In this document: piece by piece, positions 15,950 through 25,766 of the stretch
Position numbering within the stretch: position 1 is the first letter of the stretch
How the letters are laid out: the number at the start of each line of letters is the position of its first letter
Assembly: GCA_943359705.1 (NCBI GenBank)
Contig: CALRIB010000001.1
Location: 1 to 37,581, forward strand
DNA: 37,581 nucleotides
Direction of reading: 5' to 3'
Source of the DNA: Candidatus Nomurabacteria bacterium
GTDB taxonomy: Bacteria; Patescibacteriota; Minisyncoccia; Phycocordibacterales; UBA2100
The notes under the pieces: model-generated
Told to the model about the DNA's origin: nothing
What the model saw: the letters and a program-made list of their open reading frames with translations, nothing else
Databases searched by the model: none
Position numbers and translations under genes: made by a program

Positions 15950-18319
15950 GTGCGCATGACAAAATCTATCGCCACGCGAGTGGCACGTTCGAAGGGTCTC
16001 GGAGAAACGGCAAACGTCGGAGGGGATTCGGCCTTTCGCGTCTATAAAAAATATTTACCGCAGATTCAGAAACGATCGGGCGCCATCGTCCCGTTCGAAT
16101 TTTCAAAAATCGTGAGTGCCATCGAGAAATCGATGAAAGCCTCCAACGAGGGCTCGGCTGACGAGGCGGCAGTCGTCGGACACAAGGTCGCAGGCGAGAT
16201 GATGCGCATCGCCAAGACCTACAAAAACTTCCTCCCCACCGTCGAAGGCTGCCAGGACGAGGTCGAGCGCCAGCTCATCCTCTCCGACTACGTGGCGACC
16301 GCAAAAGCCTACATTTTGTACCGCGCGGAGCGGGCAAAAATCCGCAAAGAGCAGGGCGAAGTGCCTGAGCACGTCAAAAAGCTCACCGAAGAGAGCAAGA
16401 AATATTTCAAGAACAATCCGCTCGGTGAATTCGTCTACCTCCGCACCTACGCGCGCTGGATAGAGAGCGAGCAGCGCCGTGAGACGTGGATTGAGACAGT
16501 CGACCGCTACATCAATTTCATGAAAGAGAATCTCGGAGAAAAGATGACGAAGCGCGAGTACGCCGAAATTCGCGAGGCCATTCTCAAGCAAGAAGTCATG
16601 CCTTCGATGCGCGCGATGCAGTTTGCGGGCGCGCCGGCAAAAAAGTGCAACACCTGTTTTTACAACTGCTCGTTCACCGCACCCGTGAAGCTCGAAGACT
16701 TCGCCGAGATTATGTACCTCTCCATGCAGGGATGCGGCGTGGGATACGCGGTGGAGAGCCAAAACATCCAGCAACTGCCGCAAATAGGCAAGCAGACGGG
16801 CGACAAACTCACGACACACATTGTGCAGGACACCAAAGAAGGTTGGTGCGACGCGCTCACGCTCGGACTCAAGACCTGGTACGCGGGCAAGGACATCGAA
16901 TTCGATTTCTCCATGATCCGCCCCGCTGGCGCACGCCTGAAGACGATGGGAGGCAAAGCATCCGGCCCCGAGCCGCTTCGTTCGCTTCTCGCTTTTGCCC
17001 GCGAGCGCATTTTGCGTCGCCAGGGTAGGCGCCTGCGCAACATCGACGCGCACGACATCATCTGCAAAATAGGTGAGTGCGTAGTCGCCGGAGGAGTGCG
17101 CCGCACGGCCATGATCTCGCTCTCCGACCTCGACGACGTCGAGATCCGTGACGCCAAGAAAGGTCAATTCTTTCTCACCGACCCGTACCGCTCCGTGGCC
17201 AACAACTCCGCCGTATATGAGGTCAAGCCGACCAACGCCGAACTGATGGACGAGTGGGTGGCTCTCATGAAAAGCGGCACCGGCGAGCGCGGTATCTTTA
17301 ACCGCGGAAGCCTTGAGAAGACGATGCCTGAGCGCCGCCAAAAATTGCTCCAGAAGAAGTACGGCAAGAAAACCAATTTCATCGGCCAGGTGGGCACCAA
17401 CCCCTGCGGCGAAATCATTCTGCAATCCAAACAATTTTGCAATCTCTCCGAGGTGATTGCCCGCGCTGACGACACCGAGAAAACGCTGCTCCGCAAAGCG
17501 AAGCTAGCCACGCTTCTCGGCACCTACCAGTCCACGCTCACCAAATTCAACTACATCTCAAAAGAGTGGACCGACAACTGCGAACAGGAGCGCCTGCTCG
17601 GCGTATCCATCACCGGTCAGTGGGACTCTCCCGCAGTACGTGAACCGAAGACGATGCGCAAAATGCGCGCGGTCGCCATCAAGACCAACGCGGATTACGC
17701 CAAGCGCTTTGGTGTACCGGTCTCGAGTTCCATCACCTGCGTGAAGCCTTCGGGCACCGTCTCGCAGACCTTCGACTGCTCATCCGGTATTCACCCGCGC
17801 CACTCCCAGTACTACATCCGCCGTGTCCGCATTTCCGCTACCGACTCGCTCTACAAAATGATGCGCGACCAGGGCGTGCAGGCGCATCCGGAAGTGGGGC
17901 AGAACCCGGACGAGGCCACGACCTTCGTCTTGGAGTTCCCGGTCAAAGCTCCGGCCGGCTCGGTCTTCAAGAACGACCTCACTGCCATCGAGCAGCTTGA
18001 ATACTGGAAGCGCGTCAAATTGAATTTCACCGAACACAATCCTTCAGCCACCATCTCGGTCGGGGAAGAGGAGTGGGTGCAGTGCGTGGCCTGGATCTCC
18101 GACAACTGGGACATCATCGGCGGTCTCTCCTTCCTTCCGCGCGAAAATCATGTCTACCGCTTGGCACCGTACGAGGCTATCGACAAAAAGACGTACGAAA
18201 CCCTCGCCGCAAAGTTCCCGGTCATCGACTACTCCAAGCTCGTCATCTACGAGCGCACCGACGAGACCGAACAGAAAAAGGAACTAGCATGTGCCGGAGG
18301 TACGTGCGAAATAGTTTAG
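15950..18319 (+). CDS. nrdJ: class II (adenosylcobalamin-dependent) ribonucleotide reductase with N-terminal ATP-cone
   Basis: ATP-cone (KRSGAIVPFEFSKIV...AKAYILYRAERAK), active-site TNPCGEI, C-terminal redox pair CAGGTCEI. Alternative ATG at 15956. Confidence 0.92.
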   Translation: MRMTKSIATRVARSKGLGETANVGGDSAFRVYKKYLPQIQKRSGAIVPFEFSKIVSAIEKSMKASNEGSADEAAVVGHKVAGEMMRIAKTYKNFLPTVEGCQDEVERQLILSDYVATAKAYILYRAERAKIRKEQGEVPEHVKKLTEESKKYFKNNPLGEFVYLRTYARWIESEQRRETWIETVDRYINFMKENLGEKMTKREYAEIREAILKQEVMPSMRAMQFAGAPAKKCNTCFYNCSFTAPVKLEDFAEIMYLSMQGCGVGYAVESQNIQQLPQIGKQTGDKLTTHIVQDTKEGWCDALTLGLKTWYAGKDIEFDFSMIRPAGARLKTMGGKASGPEPLRSLLAFARERILRRQGRRLRNIDAHDIICKIGECVVAGGVRRTAMISLSDLDDVEIRDAKKGQFFLTDPYRSVANNSAVYEVKPTNAELMDEWVALMKSGTGERGIFNRGSLEKTMPERRQKLLQKKYGKKTNFIGQVGTNPCGEIILQSKQFCNLSEVIARADDTEKTLLRKAKLATLLGTYQSTLTKFNYISKEWTDNCEQERLLGVSITGQWDSPAVREPKTMRKMRAVAIKTNADYAKRFGVPVSSSITCVKPSGTVSQTFDCSSGIHPRHSQYYIRRVRISATDSLYKMMRDQGVQAHPEVGQNPDEATTFVLEFPVKAPAGSVFKNDLTAIEQLEYWKRVKLNFTEHNPSATISVGEEEWVQCVAWISDNWDIIGGLSFLPRENHVYRLAPYEAIDKKTYETLAAKFPVIDYSKLVIYERTDETEQKKELACAGGTCEIV

Positions 18320-18332
18320 TCTGAATACAAAT

Positions 18333-18359
18333 AAAAAAGCCCCGGTCCGGGGCTTTTTT
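18333..18359. terminator. bidirectional rho-independent terminator between convergent genes
   Basis: AAAAAAGCCCCGG-T-CCGGGGCTTTTTT, with A and T tracts on both sides. Confidence 0.8.
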
Positions 18360-18371
18360 ATTTGGCGCGCA

Positions 18372-18680
18372 TCACTCCTTAAAATATCGATCAAGAAAAT
18401 CTTGCAAGGCGAGTGGTGTTCCTGCCGCCGCAATGGCCTGTTCATTTACCGTGTCAGCAAACAGCTGTGCGAATTCGGCAGATGCGGCGCTTATCGCAAT
18501 GCGCGCGGTGTTCTCGTCTTTCAAAAGTTCCGGATTATTAGTTTGGAGATGTTGTAAAGCTGCGGAGGTAACCAGTTTCGTAATTTGTTCGAATGTCGGC
18601 TTCAGCTGCTCCGAAATTTGTTCTTGTTTCAGCTCTTGGCGCGAGCGAAATTTACTAACGTTTCCGATTTCATCAATCAT
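18372..18680 (-). CDS. hypothetical helical 102-aa protein
   Basis: TAGCAT at 18687-18692 (minus) lies 6 nt before the ATG. A terminator follows. No motif recognised. Confidence 0.55.
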   Translation of the reverse strand: MIDEIGNVSKFRSRQELKQEQISEQLKPTFEQITKLVTSAALQHLQTNNPELLKDENTARIAISAASAEFAQLFADTVNEQAIAAAGTPLALQDFLDRYFKE

Positions 18681-18716
18681 ACGGAAATGCTACGGTAAAT
18701 AACATATTTAGCAAAC

Positions 18717-19976
18717 TTAGGCAGCTGCGGCTGTTCCCGCCACGAATCCCGTGGTCCAGCAGATCTGGAGGCTGTAGCCACCTGACGGTCGGTCGATGTT
18801 GAGCAGGTCGCCGACAATGTACAGATTTGAGTATTTGAGCGAGCGCATTGTTTTGAAATCAATTTCTTCGAGTGAGACACCGCCGGAGGTAATGATTGCC
18901 TTATCGAGTCCAAGCAGTCCTTTCACTTCGAGCTTGAGCGCTTTCAAGAGTTTCGCGAGCCGGATACGCTCTTCGCGCTTTATGCTGTTGCAGGATGTTT
19001 CCGGTTTTATATCAGCAAGTTCTAAAAGAATAGGGACCAATGCGGGTGGCACAAGCCCGGTCAAACTGTTGCGTATCATTTTCTTGTCGTTCGCTTTAAA
19101 AATCTCTTGCAAACGTGCGTTCACTTTTTCTGGGCCTTCAGTGGAAAGAAGATCGAGCTCGATAACCACCTCACCGTATTTTAAAAGTTCTCCGATATCG
19201 CGACTAGCGTTCAAAATCCCAGGACCGGAGAGCCCGACATGAGTGAAAAGAATTTTTCCGATCCGCGAATCCTGCTTCGCGCCATTTTGATACAGAGTGA
19301 TTTTCACATTTTGCATACTTACGCCAGCTGCGCGTTTGACCCACGAGTCTTTAACTGCGACCGGCACGAGAGCACCTTCTGTGTCTGAGACCGTGTGACC
19401 GAGTTTCTTCAAGAACGCGAATCCGTCGCCGGTCGAACCGGTCTCGGGGCGTGAGATGCCGCCGGTGGCAAAGATAAATGATTTGGCTCGGATTTCCTTT
19501 TTGTTTTTCAAAATGACCTTCTCAATCACGTTGCCGTTCGCAACAACATCCACAACAGGGGAGTTGGAAAGAATCGTGACGCTGCCTGCTTTCAGGTATT
19601 CAACCAGTACGTCCCAGACAGATTGAGCTGTGTTGGAGGCGGGGAAAACCCGCTTCTCAGCCTCTTCTTTAGTGAGCATCGCGCGTGAGTGAAAGAATTC
19701 GAGCGTATTTTCTACGTTCCATTGCGCGAACGGAGAGGCAAGGAATTTCCCGCCGTCTTTGAATTTGGCGAGCAACTTCCTATTGTCCGGCTCGTTGTTG
19801 GTCACGTTGCACCGCCCGCCTCCGGTGATGAGAAGTTTTTTACCAAGTCCTGCGTTCTTTTCTATCAAAACGACTTTCGCTCCAAGTTCTGCTGCTCGTC
19901 CTGCCGCCATCATACCGGCGGGTCCGCCACCGATCACGGCAACGTCCCAAACTATATTTGCATCCAAATTCTTCAT
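18717..19976 (-). CDS. HI0933/YhiN-family NAD(P)/FAD-dependent oxidoreductase
   Basis: VAVIGGGPAGMMAAGRAAELGAKVVLIEKNAGLGKKLLITGGGRCNVTN. TGCTACTAT at 19984-19992 (minus) lies 7 nt before the ATG at 19976. Confidence 0.88.
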   Translation of the reverse strand: MKNLDANIVWDVAVIGGGPAGMMAAGRAAELGAKVVLIEKNAGLGKKLLITGGGRCNVTNNEPDNRKLLAKFKDGGKFLASPFAQWNVENTLEFFHSRAMLTKEEAEKRVFPASNTAQSVWDVLVEYLKAGSVTILSNSPVVDVVANGNVIEKVILKNKKEIRAKSFIFATGGISRPETGSTGDGFAFLKKLGHTVSDTEGALVPVAVKDSWVKRAAGVSMQNVKITLYQNGAKQDSRIGKILFTHVGLSGPGILNASRDIGELLKYGEVVIELDLLSTEGPEKVNARLQEIFKANDKKMIRNSLTGLVPPALVPILLELADIKPETSCNSIKREERIRLAKLLKALKLEVKGLLGLDKAIITSGGVSLEEIDFKTMRSLKYSNLYIVGDLLNIDRPSGGYSLQICWTTGFVAGTAAAA

Positions 19977-20009
19977 TGCGGGCATAGTAGCACTAGTAAT
20001 AAATGAAAG

Positions 20010-20059
20010 GCCCGACAAGTGATTGGTAGGCTCGGGCCCCTCATCATTTCTTGTCGGGC
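20010..20059 (-). terminator. long hairpin after the 154-aa secreted protein gene
   Basis: GCCCGACAAG ... CTTGTCGGGC forms 10-bp arms around a 30-nt spacer. Followed on the minus strand by CTTTCATTT. Confidence 0.45.
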
Positions 20060-20060
20060 G

Positions 20061-20525
20061 TTATGCGTTACGCTCCTCGAGGCTGCGCAGGTAAATCCAG
20101 ATTACCAGGTCGGTTAGCGCGCGGAGTCGCAAGCGCGCACCGTCGCGAGTCATGACGACGTTGAGCGTGTCTCGCCATACTTTCTTCGGCTCTTTGCACT
20201 CACCGGTATACGCGAAGGTTTTTCGGTTCACGTCCAGCGTCTGGTGAGCCACGCAGGGAAGGATGATTTTCTGCGGTTGGTGCCCCTTGGTCTTAGCGGG
20301 CACCATGACGGCAATCAGCAGCGAGGCTGTGACCTTAAGCCGTCCGTCCTTTTGGCCGCATGCCTCGACGAGTCCGATATCGGCCTTCGCCTGGATGCAT
20401 TGCAGGTTGTGCTGACGGAGATAGGTGAGGATGCGCTGCGCATCCTCATAGATGTCGATCTTAGTAGCGTGAGCTGGAATGCAGGCAAAAGCCCACACCA
20501 GCGCGCACAGAACGTACTTCATCAT
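20061..20525 (-). CDS. hypothetical secreted Cys-containing protein (154 aa)
   Basis: Signal peptide MMKYVLCALVWAFACIPAHA. GAGGTG Shine-Dalgarno about 6 nt before the ATG at 20525. The longer track ORF would overlap the RNase P RNA. Confidence 0.6.
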   Translation of the reverse strand: MMKYVLCALVWAFACIPAHATKIDIYEDAQRILTYLRQHNLQCIQAKADIGLVEACGQKDGRLKVTASLLIAVMVPAKTKGHQPQKIILPCVAHQTLDVNRKTFAYTGECKEPKKVWRDTLNVVMTRDGARLRLRALTDLVIWIYLRSLEERNA

Positions 20526-20571
20526 GTTGGCACCTCGTGCTTCGTGATCAACTAGGTAGATTATCCAACAT

Positions 20572-20600
20572 TTGTAGCAGTAATGCAAGTGTGGTAAAGT
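20572..20600 (+). promoter_or_regulatory. putative rnpB promoter TTGTAG-17-(TGg)TAAAGT
   Basis: Hexamers at 20572-20577 and 20595-20600, a few nt before the predicted P1 start. Confidence 0.45.
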
Positions 20601-20602
20601 AC

Positions 20603-20990
20603 ACATCTGCGCTAGGCAGTCGCGGTGGGTCGCAAGACTCACTGAGGAAAGTCCGGACACGCCCCGGCACTTTCTAGAATCTGTAGTTCGGGTTTTAGAA
20701 AGTGCCGGGAGAACGGTAGCGGGTAACGCCCGCCTGGGTAATCCAAGGGATGAGAACAGAGACGCTCAAGCCGAGAGGCGAGAGCCCCGCAAGGGTGAAC
20801 TTCATGGAAACATGAAGGTGCAACGGCACAATTCCTACCCGCGTGCAAGGTCGTGCTCGAGCGTGCCGCCCTGAGGTTGATAGGTTCGAACTCACAGCGG
20901 CATGATCGAGAGAACCGCTTGAGGTAGTTGGCAACAACTATCCTAGATAAATGACCGCCCTCGACAGAATCCGGCTCATGGTGCAGATGA
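20603..20990 (+). ncRNA. rnpB: RNase P RNA, bacterial type A (ends +/- 5 nt)
   Basis: P4 strands GAGGAAAGTCCGGAC (20643-) and ACAGAATCCGGCTCA (20964-). P1 pairs CATCTGCGCTA with TGGTGCAGATG. P3 is GTGGGTC-GCAA-GACTCAC. GGTAACGCC and CCTAGATAAATGACCGC resemble the E. coli M1 RNA. Confidence 0.9.
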
Positions 20991-20994
20991 AAAA

Positions 20995-21015
20995 GGACCC
21001 GAAAGGGTCCTTTTT
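20995..21015 (+). terminator. rho-independent terminator of rnpB
   Basis: GGACCC-GAAA-GGGTCC followed by TTTTT. Confidence 0.8.
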
Positions 21016-21039
21016 CTCATGTGATATACTCGAAAAAAT

Positions 21040-23355
21040 ATGAAGTATCTTGCGCGTGCGGAGAACATTGCATGGTGGTCAGTGCTCCTCACAGTGTTTC
21101 TTCTCCCTTGGTTCTTCATTCCGAACAACTGGATGACGATCGGCGCCTCCAAGATGCTGCTTGTCGTCTCTCTCGTCACGGTCGCAACGCTCTCCTCCGT
21201 TCTTGCGAGTCTCAATCAATGGACGCTGCGGATTCCCAAAAGCTCTCTGCTTCTTGCGGCGGCTCTGGTGCCGCTCGCATACCTGGTCTCGGCTCTCGCG
21301 ACAGGCGTATCACGCGAGTCGCTCATCGGCAGTGCCGAGCAGGACACATTCGGAGTCGTCGCACTTTTATACGCGCTTTTTTTTGTGTCCGCCAACGCGC
21401 TCGCTTCAACGACGGGGCGGGTCGTGCTCGCACTTCGCGCGCTTCTGCTTGGAGGCGGTGTGTTACTCGTTATCCAGGTATTGCATCTTCTTGTGCCGTC
21501 GCTCACGTTAGGCGGCGCTTTGGTGGGCAATACTGCGAGCGTCATCGGCACATGGCATGACTTCGCCATCGGCGCCGGATTTCTTTTCTTCCTTTCTCTT
21601 GCACTTTTGCCGACGCGCATCGGCGAGGGGCGTTTTCGCGCGGTGCTTTGCACTATTGCCGGCGTATCGTTCGTGATGCTCGTCATCGCGAATTCCTCCG
21701 ATGTGTGGGTCGCACTTGCGGCTCTCGCGCTTTTTTATGCCGCGTATCTGTGGCACGTCTCGCGGAAGGCAGTATCGGCACATGGCGAACATCGCCGCCG
21801 TACGCTGATGTGGCTTGCGCTTGCACTCGTCGCAGGCGGCTTGTACTTTGTCGCTCCGGCGATTCAGGGTGCTTTGCCCGAGCAGCTTCGCGTCTCGCAA
21901 CTTGAAGTACGCCCTTCGTGGAAAGGTACCTTCGCGGTCGGCGCGCAAGTCTTCTCGCGACCCGGCAGCGTGTTCTTCGGCTCCGGTCCCAACACCTTCC
22001 CGCGTCAGTGGGGCTTGTATAAACCCGTTTCGGTCAATCAAACTCAGTTTTGGAATACGGATTTCTATTCGGGTGTAGGCCTCATCCCGACGTCCGTTGT
22101 GACCGTCGGCATTCTCGGGCTCATCGCGTGGGGTGCGGTGTTGCTTGCCCTCGTGGCCGCGGTGCGTCGCACCTTTATGGCCGAGGCGCAGCACGCCGGT
22201 GCGAAGGCTATGCGAGCGGCAGTCTGCGGCGGGGCGTGCTACCTCACGACGCTTTCGGTTCTGTATGTCCCGGGGCCTGCACTCTCGGCGCTTACCTTCC
22301 TGATGTTCGCGTTCCTCGTGGCTGACGAACTCTTGTCGCGAACGGTCAAAGACATGGTGTTCTCACTCTCGCTCGCAACCTGGAAAGGACGATTGTACAG
22401 CGTGCTCTTGTGCATCTTTGCGTTCGCGATACTTGTGATCGGCGTACAGACGCTGCGCGCAGTGCTCTCCGACTCTCTCGTCAACCGTGCAGCCGCGCTC
22501 TATAGCTCTTCGCAAGACCTCTCAGCCGCTTCGACGTATATCTCCGAGGCGCTCGCGATTGAGCCGCGTAACGACCGTGCGCACCGGGCTGCCGTAGAGC
22601 TCGGCATGGTACAGCTCAAGAAATTGGCTGCGGCCAACGACCCGAGTGACGCCGCGCGTCAGCAATTGCAACAAACGCTCGCGCGCACCATCGATCACGG
22701 CCTAACGGCGATTACGATTGAGAGCCGCAACTACCAGAACTGGCTCGAACTGGCGTATTTGTACGGGCAGCTCGCGGGTGTCGGCGTGGAGGGAGCGGAT
22801 GCGAGCGCGCGCAGTGCCTATGCAGAAGTACAAAAAAATAATCCCACGACTCCCTTGCCGGCGCTCGGCCTCGCGCAGCTCGACCTCCTGCAACACAACG
22901 ACAAAGCTGCGAGTGACCACTTGAAAGCGGCGCTCGCGCTGAAGCCTGATCTTCCCGCGGCCTACTACCTTCTTTCGCAAATTGAAGCGCGCGCACAAAA
23001 CCTTCCGGCAGCCGCCAAGGATGCGACGCAGGCCGCTCAGCTCTCTCCGCAAGACCCGCTTGGCTGGTACAACCTCGGCACCGTGTTGTATGCGCAGCAG
23101 GATTGGCAGAACGCGTCTCTTGCGCTCGAGCGTGCCGTCGGACTCCAAAGCAATTACGCCAATGCGCTTTTCCTGCTCGGCCTCTCGTACTACAAGCTCG
23201 GCCGAAGCGCGGACGCGCTCCGCGAATTTGAAGCGGTTGCGGTACTGAATACGTCCGATGCGTCGCTCGCCAACATCGTCTCGCACATGAGGGAGGGCAA
23301 AGATCCGTTTGCTACCGAACCGGCCCCCGCACCGCAGCTGACTCCTGCGAAGTAG
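21040..23355 (+). CDS. O-antigen ligase/polymerase-like polytopic membrane protein with C-terminal TPR repeats
   Basis: About 12 TM segments followed by at least 4 TPR-like repeats (e.g. WYNLGTVLYAQQDWQNASLALERAV). TGaTATACT at 21022-21030. Confidence 0.78.
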   Translation: MKYLARAENIAWWSVLLTVFLLPWFFIPNNWMTIGASKMLLVVSLVTVATLSSVLASLNQWTLRIPKSSLLLAAALVPLAYLVSALATGVSRESLIGSAEQDTFGVVALLYALFFVSANALASTTGRVVLALRALLLGGGVLLVIQVLHLLVPSLTLGGALVGNTASVIGTWHDFAIGAGFLFFLSLALLPTRIGEGRFRAVLCTIAGVSFVMLVIANSSDVWVALAALALFYAAYLWHVSRKAVSAHGEHRRRTLMWLALALVAGGLYFVAPAIQGALPEQLRVSQLEVRPSWKGTFAVGAQVFSRPGSVFFGSGPNTFPRQWGLYKPVSVNQTQFWNTDFYSGVGLIPTSVVTVGILGLIAWGAVLLALVAAVRRTFMAEAQHAGAKAMRAAVCGGACYLTTLSVLYVPGPALSALTFLMFAFLVADELLSRTVKDMVFSLSLATWKGRLYSVLLCIFAFAILVIGVQTLRAVLSDSLVNRAAALYSSSQDLSAASTYISEALAIEPRNDRAHRAAVELGMVQLKKLAAANDPSDAARQQLQQTLARTIDHGLTAITIESRNYQNWLELAYLYGQLAGVGVEGADASARSAYAEVQKNNPTTPLPALGLAQLDLLQHNDKAASDHLKAALALKPDLPAAYYLLSQIEARAQNLPAAAKDATQAAQLSPQDPLGWYNLGTVLYAQQDWQNASLALERAVGLQSNYANALFLLGLSYYKLGRSADALREFEAVAVLNTSDASLANIVSHMREGKDPFATEPAPAPQLTPAK

Positions 23356-23360
23356 CGCCT

Positions 23361-25058
23361 ATGCTACGCGGCGCGCTCCGATTTCTCTCGTCCGAAGTCA
23401 GAGGACTCCAGGCGGCAGTCTATATCTTGGCGCTCTCGGCGCTTCTCTCGTCAATCCTCGCGCTCGCGCGCGACAGGCTTTTTGCGTCCCATTTCGGGGC
23501 AGGCGCCGAACTCGATATCTACTATGCCGCGTTCCGGATTCCCGACCTGATTTTCGTGGCGACCGGGGCACTGGTCTCGGTGTACGTCCTTATTCCGGAA
23601 CTTGCGCGAAGGGGAGAGCGCGAGCAGAAATCCTACATCGACACTATTCTGCTTGGGTTCTCTCTGTTCGCGGTCGTTGTCTCGGGCGTCGCCGCGCTGT
23701 TTGCGCCGCACGTCCTTGCGCTCCTCTTTCCGCGATTTGCCGCCGAAGGGCAACTTGTGCAAGTGACGGCACTTACGCGCATTATGTTGCTGCAGCCGAT
23801 ACTGCTCGGTATCTCCAACATTCTCGCCGCCATCACGCAGACGAAGCATCGATATGCCCTGTATTCCGTTTCTCCGCTTTTGTACAACGCCGGTATCATA
23901 CTCGGCCTCCTCGTGCTTTATCCGGTGCTCGGACTTCCGGGGCTGGCATGGGGAGTTGTCTTCGGTGCCGCTCTGCACGCCGGTGTGCAGTTGCCGTCAA
24001 TTGTGCGTGACGGGTTCCTGATACACTTTCCGCGCCTGCGGGAGCCGCGCGCGCTATTCTCCACCGCACTTGTTTCTATTCCGCGCGCGCTCACGCTTTC
24101 GATGAACCAGGTTATTTTCTTGGGGCTGACCTCGCTGGCCTCAGGACTCGCCACGGGCTCAATCGCCGTTTTTATGTTTGCGTATAATCTTCAGGCGGTA
24201 CCGCTCTCCATTATCGGCGCGTCCTACTCGGTCGCGGCGTTCCCGACGCTCGCAGCGGCACTCAGCCGCGGAGAGCGTGCCGAATTCGTGGCGCACATCG
24301 TAACCGCCGCGCGGTACGTCCTCTTTTGGTCGCTACCTGCATCCGCCCTTATTCTCGTGCTTCGCGCACACATGGTGCGTGTCGTGCTCGGCGCAGGACA
24401 GTTCGACTGGACCGACACGCGCCTTACGGCGGCAGCCTTCGCGCTGATGGCACTTTCGCTTGCCGCACAAGGTCTGATGCTACTCTTGGCCCGCGGCTAC
24501 TACGCCGCCGGACGCACCTTCGTGCCGTTCTTCGTCGCGCTTGCGAGTGCATTCGGCACGATTGCACTTGCTCGCGTGTTACTCGAATCCTTCAAAGATC
24601 CCTCGGTACTTTTCTATGTGCAATCCATGTTGCGCCTTGAGGACGTGCCCGGAAGCACCTTGCTTGCGCTTCCGCTCGCATTCGCAATCGTCTCAATAAT
24701 CGGCCTCGTCGCGCTTTCGCTGCATTTCGAGCGTCGTTTCGGCGGCTTTTACGCCGGTATTCGGGAGACGCTCTGGCAAAGTGCTACCGCGGCGCTCGCC
24801 GGAGGCACTGCTACCTACATACTGCTTGCCCTCGTCGGACCGCTCACATTCGCCTCGGCGCTGTTTACGGTCTTTTTGCGCGGAAGTCTGGCCGGCATTG
24901 CGGGGCTCGCGGCCACGGTACTTGTCTACGCACTTCTTGGAAATCGGGAATTGGGAGAGACCTTTGCCGGCATCCATGCGCGTCTGTGGCGAACAAAACT
25001 CGCGCCCGGCGACGCCGCCCTTTCAGCCGAGGAAATGAGCGCCACAAGCCCCCAGTAA
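23361..25058 (+). CDS. murJ: lipid II flippase MurJ/MviN
   Basis: LARDRLFASHFGAGAELDIYYAAFRIPDLIF N-terminus and about 14 TM segments. Located 5 nt after the preceding gene. Confidence 0.9.
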   Translation: MLRGALRFLSSEVRGLQAAVYILALSALLSSILALARDRLFASHFGAGAELDIYYAAFRIPDLIFVATGALVSVYVLIPELARRGEREQKSYIDTILLGFSLFAVVVSGVAALFAPHVLALLFPRFAAEGQLVQVTALTRIMLLQPILLGISNILAAITQTKHRYALYSVSPLLYNAGIILGLLVLYPVLGLPGLAWGVVFGAALHAGVQLPSIVRDGFLIHFPRLREPRALFSTALVSIPRALTLSMNQVIFLGLTSLASGLATGSIAVFMFAYNLQAVPLSIIGASYSVAAFPTLAAALSRGERAEFVAHIVTAARYVLFWSLPASALILVLRAHMVRVVLGAGQFDWTDTRLTAAAFALMALSLAAQGLMLLLARGYYAAGRTFVPFFVALASAFGTIALARVLLESFKDPSVLFYVQSMLRLEDVPGSTLLALPLAFAIVSIIGLVALSLHFERRFGGFYAGIRETLWQSATAALAGGTATYILLALVGPLTFASALFTVFLRGSLAGIAGLAATVLVYALLGNRELGETFAGIHARLWRTKLAPGDAALSAEEMSATSPQ

Positions 25059-25074
25059 TATCTCAGAGGTTCGG

Positions 25075-25083
25075 TGCTAAAAT
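25075..25083 (+). promoter_or_regulatory. orphan extended -10 element TGCTAAAAT pointing antisense into the PaaX-like gene
   Basis: Matches the TGCTAnnnT form used upstream of several genes in this window. No start codon follows it. A single chance match in intergenic DNA cannot be excluded. Confidence 0.3.
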
Positions 25084-25142
25084 CGACGCGGGGGAATTTT
25101 TTGACAAACTGCGGTCTGCACCAGAAATTTTTTTATTGGTAA

Positions 25143-25180
25143 TATTCCCATTCGTAAGCTATCGTCATCAAGTGGGAATA
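25143..25180 (+). repeat. 38-bp dyad motif copy A (TATTCCCA-N22-TGGGAATA, core TAAGCTATCGTCA)
   Basis: 29/38 identical to 25766-25803 in the same orientation. Ends 4 nt past the PaaX-like stop codon. Confidence 0.85.
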
Positions 25181-25184
25181 CTGA

Positions 25185-25766
25185 TTACTGTAGTTTGAAA
25201 TGCTTCTTGATCCACGAGTCGTTTTCAATGCTATCTACGATGACGTAAAGTGCGTCTTTTCCGATGCGAAGCTCGGCCTTGATGAGCGCGATCAACTCCT
25301 CGCAATCGTACGGTGAGAGCCAGACACTCTTCTGTATCCCGAGGAAGCCGCATTCGCGCATAAGTCGGCGCAGGCGTTCGCGCACGCCTCGCCGCAGTTC
25401 AGGTATGTCGAAAATGACCATGCGGTACCGTTTGTCCCAGCGTCGATTCATCCCCGCAAATCGGACCGCTTTTGCCTCCTCGAGTGCGAGTGCACGCTTT
25501 CCAGCCTCCGTTATCTCGACGTATTTCTTCCCATCTCGGCTCGCAAATCGTATGTGTCCTTTGACCGCCAGACGACCAATTGCGGTTTTTGTCTGGAACG
25601 CGAGTTTATACCGTTGCTTGCCCATGATGTGTGGAAGAACTTGAAAGACGTTGGGTGCGATCATGGCGACTGCAAGTATTCCGGCGGTGCCGATAACGCC
25701 GAGAACTGTTTGCCGGACATAGTGCGTACGTCTTCGTTTTCTGGAATATTCTTCCATCCTCGCCAT
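25185..25766 (-). CDS. PaaX-like regulator: N-terminal TM, winged-helix region, PaaX_C (Cas2-like fold) domain
   Basis: WDKRYRMVIFDIPELRRGVRERLRRLMRECGFLGIQKSVWLSPY matches the PaaX C-domain signature. TM VLGVIGTAGILAVAMIAP. Confidence 0.75.
   Translation of the reverse strand: MARMEEYSRKRRRTHYVRQTVLGVIGTAGILAVAMIAPNVFQVLPHIMGKQRYKLAFQTKTAIGRLAVKGHIRFASRDGKKYVEITEAGKRALALEEAKAVRFAGMNRRWDKRYRMVIFDIPELRRGVRERLRRLMRECGFLGIQKSVWLSPYDCEELIALIKAELRIGKDALYVIVDSIENDSWIKKHFKLQ

Noticed and set aside
18688-18696. TGCTACGGT on the + strand (and TGCTACTCT at 24469-24477, TGCTAGTCT on the minus strand at 354-362) as additional orphan promoters.
   Set aside because: The motif is expected about a dozen times by chance in this window. 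These copies are inside or antisense to coding sequence, with nothing plausible downstream.
20639-21215. Track ORFs 20639..20848(-), 20695..20937(-) and 20976..21215(-), and the N-terminal 45 codons of 20061..20660(-).
   Set aside because: They lie antisense to, or across, the RNase P RNA and its terminator. The 20061 gene has a proper SD and signal peptide starting at 20525.
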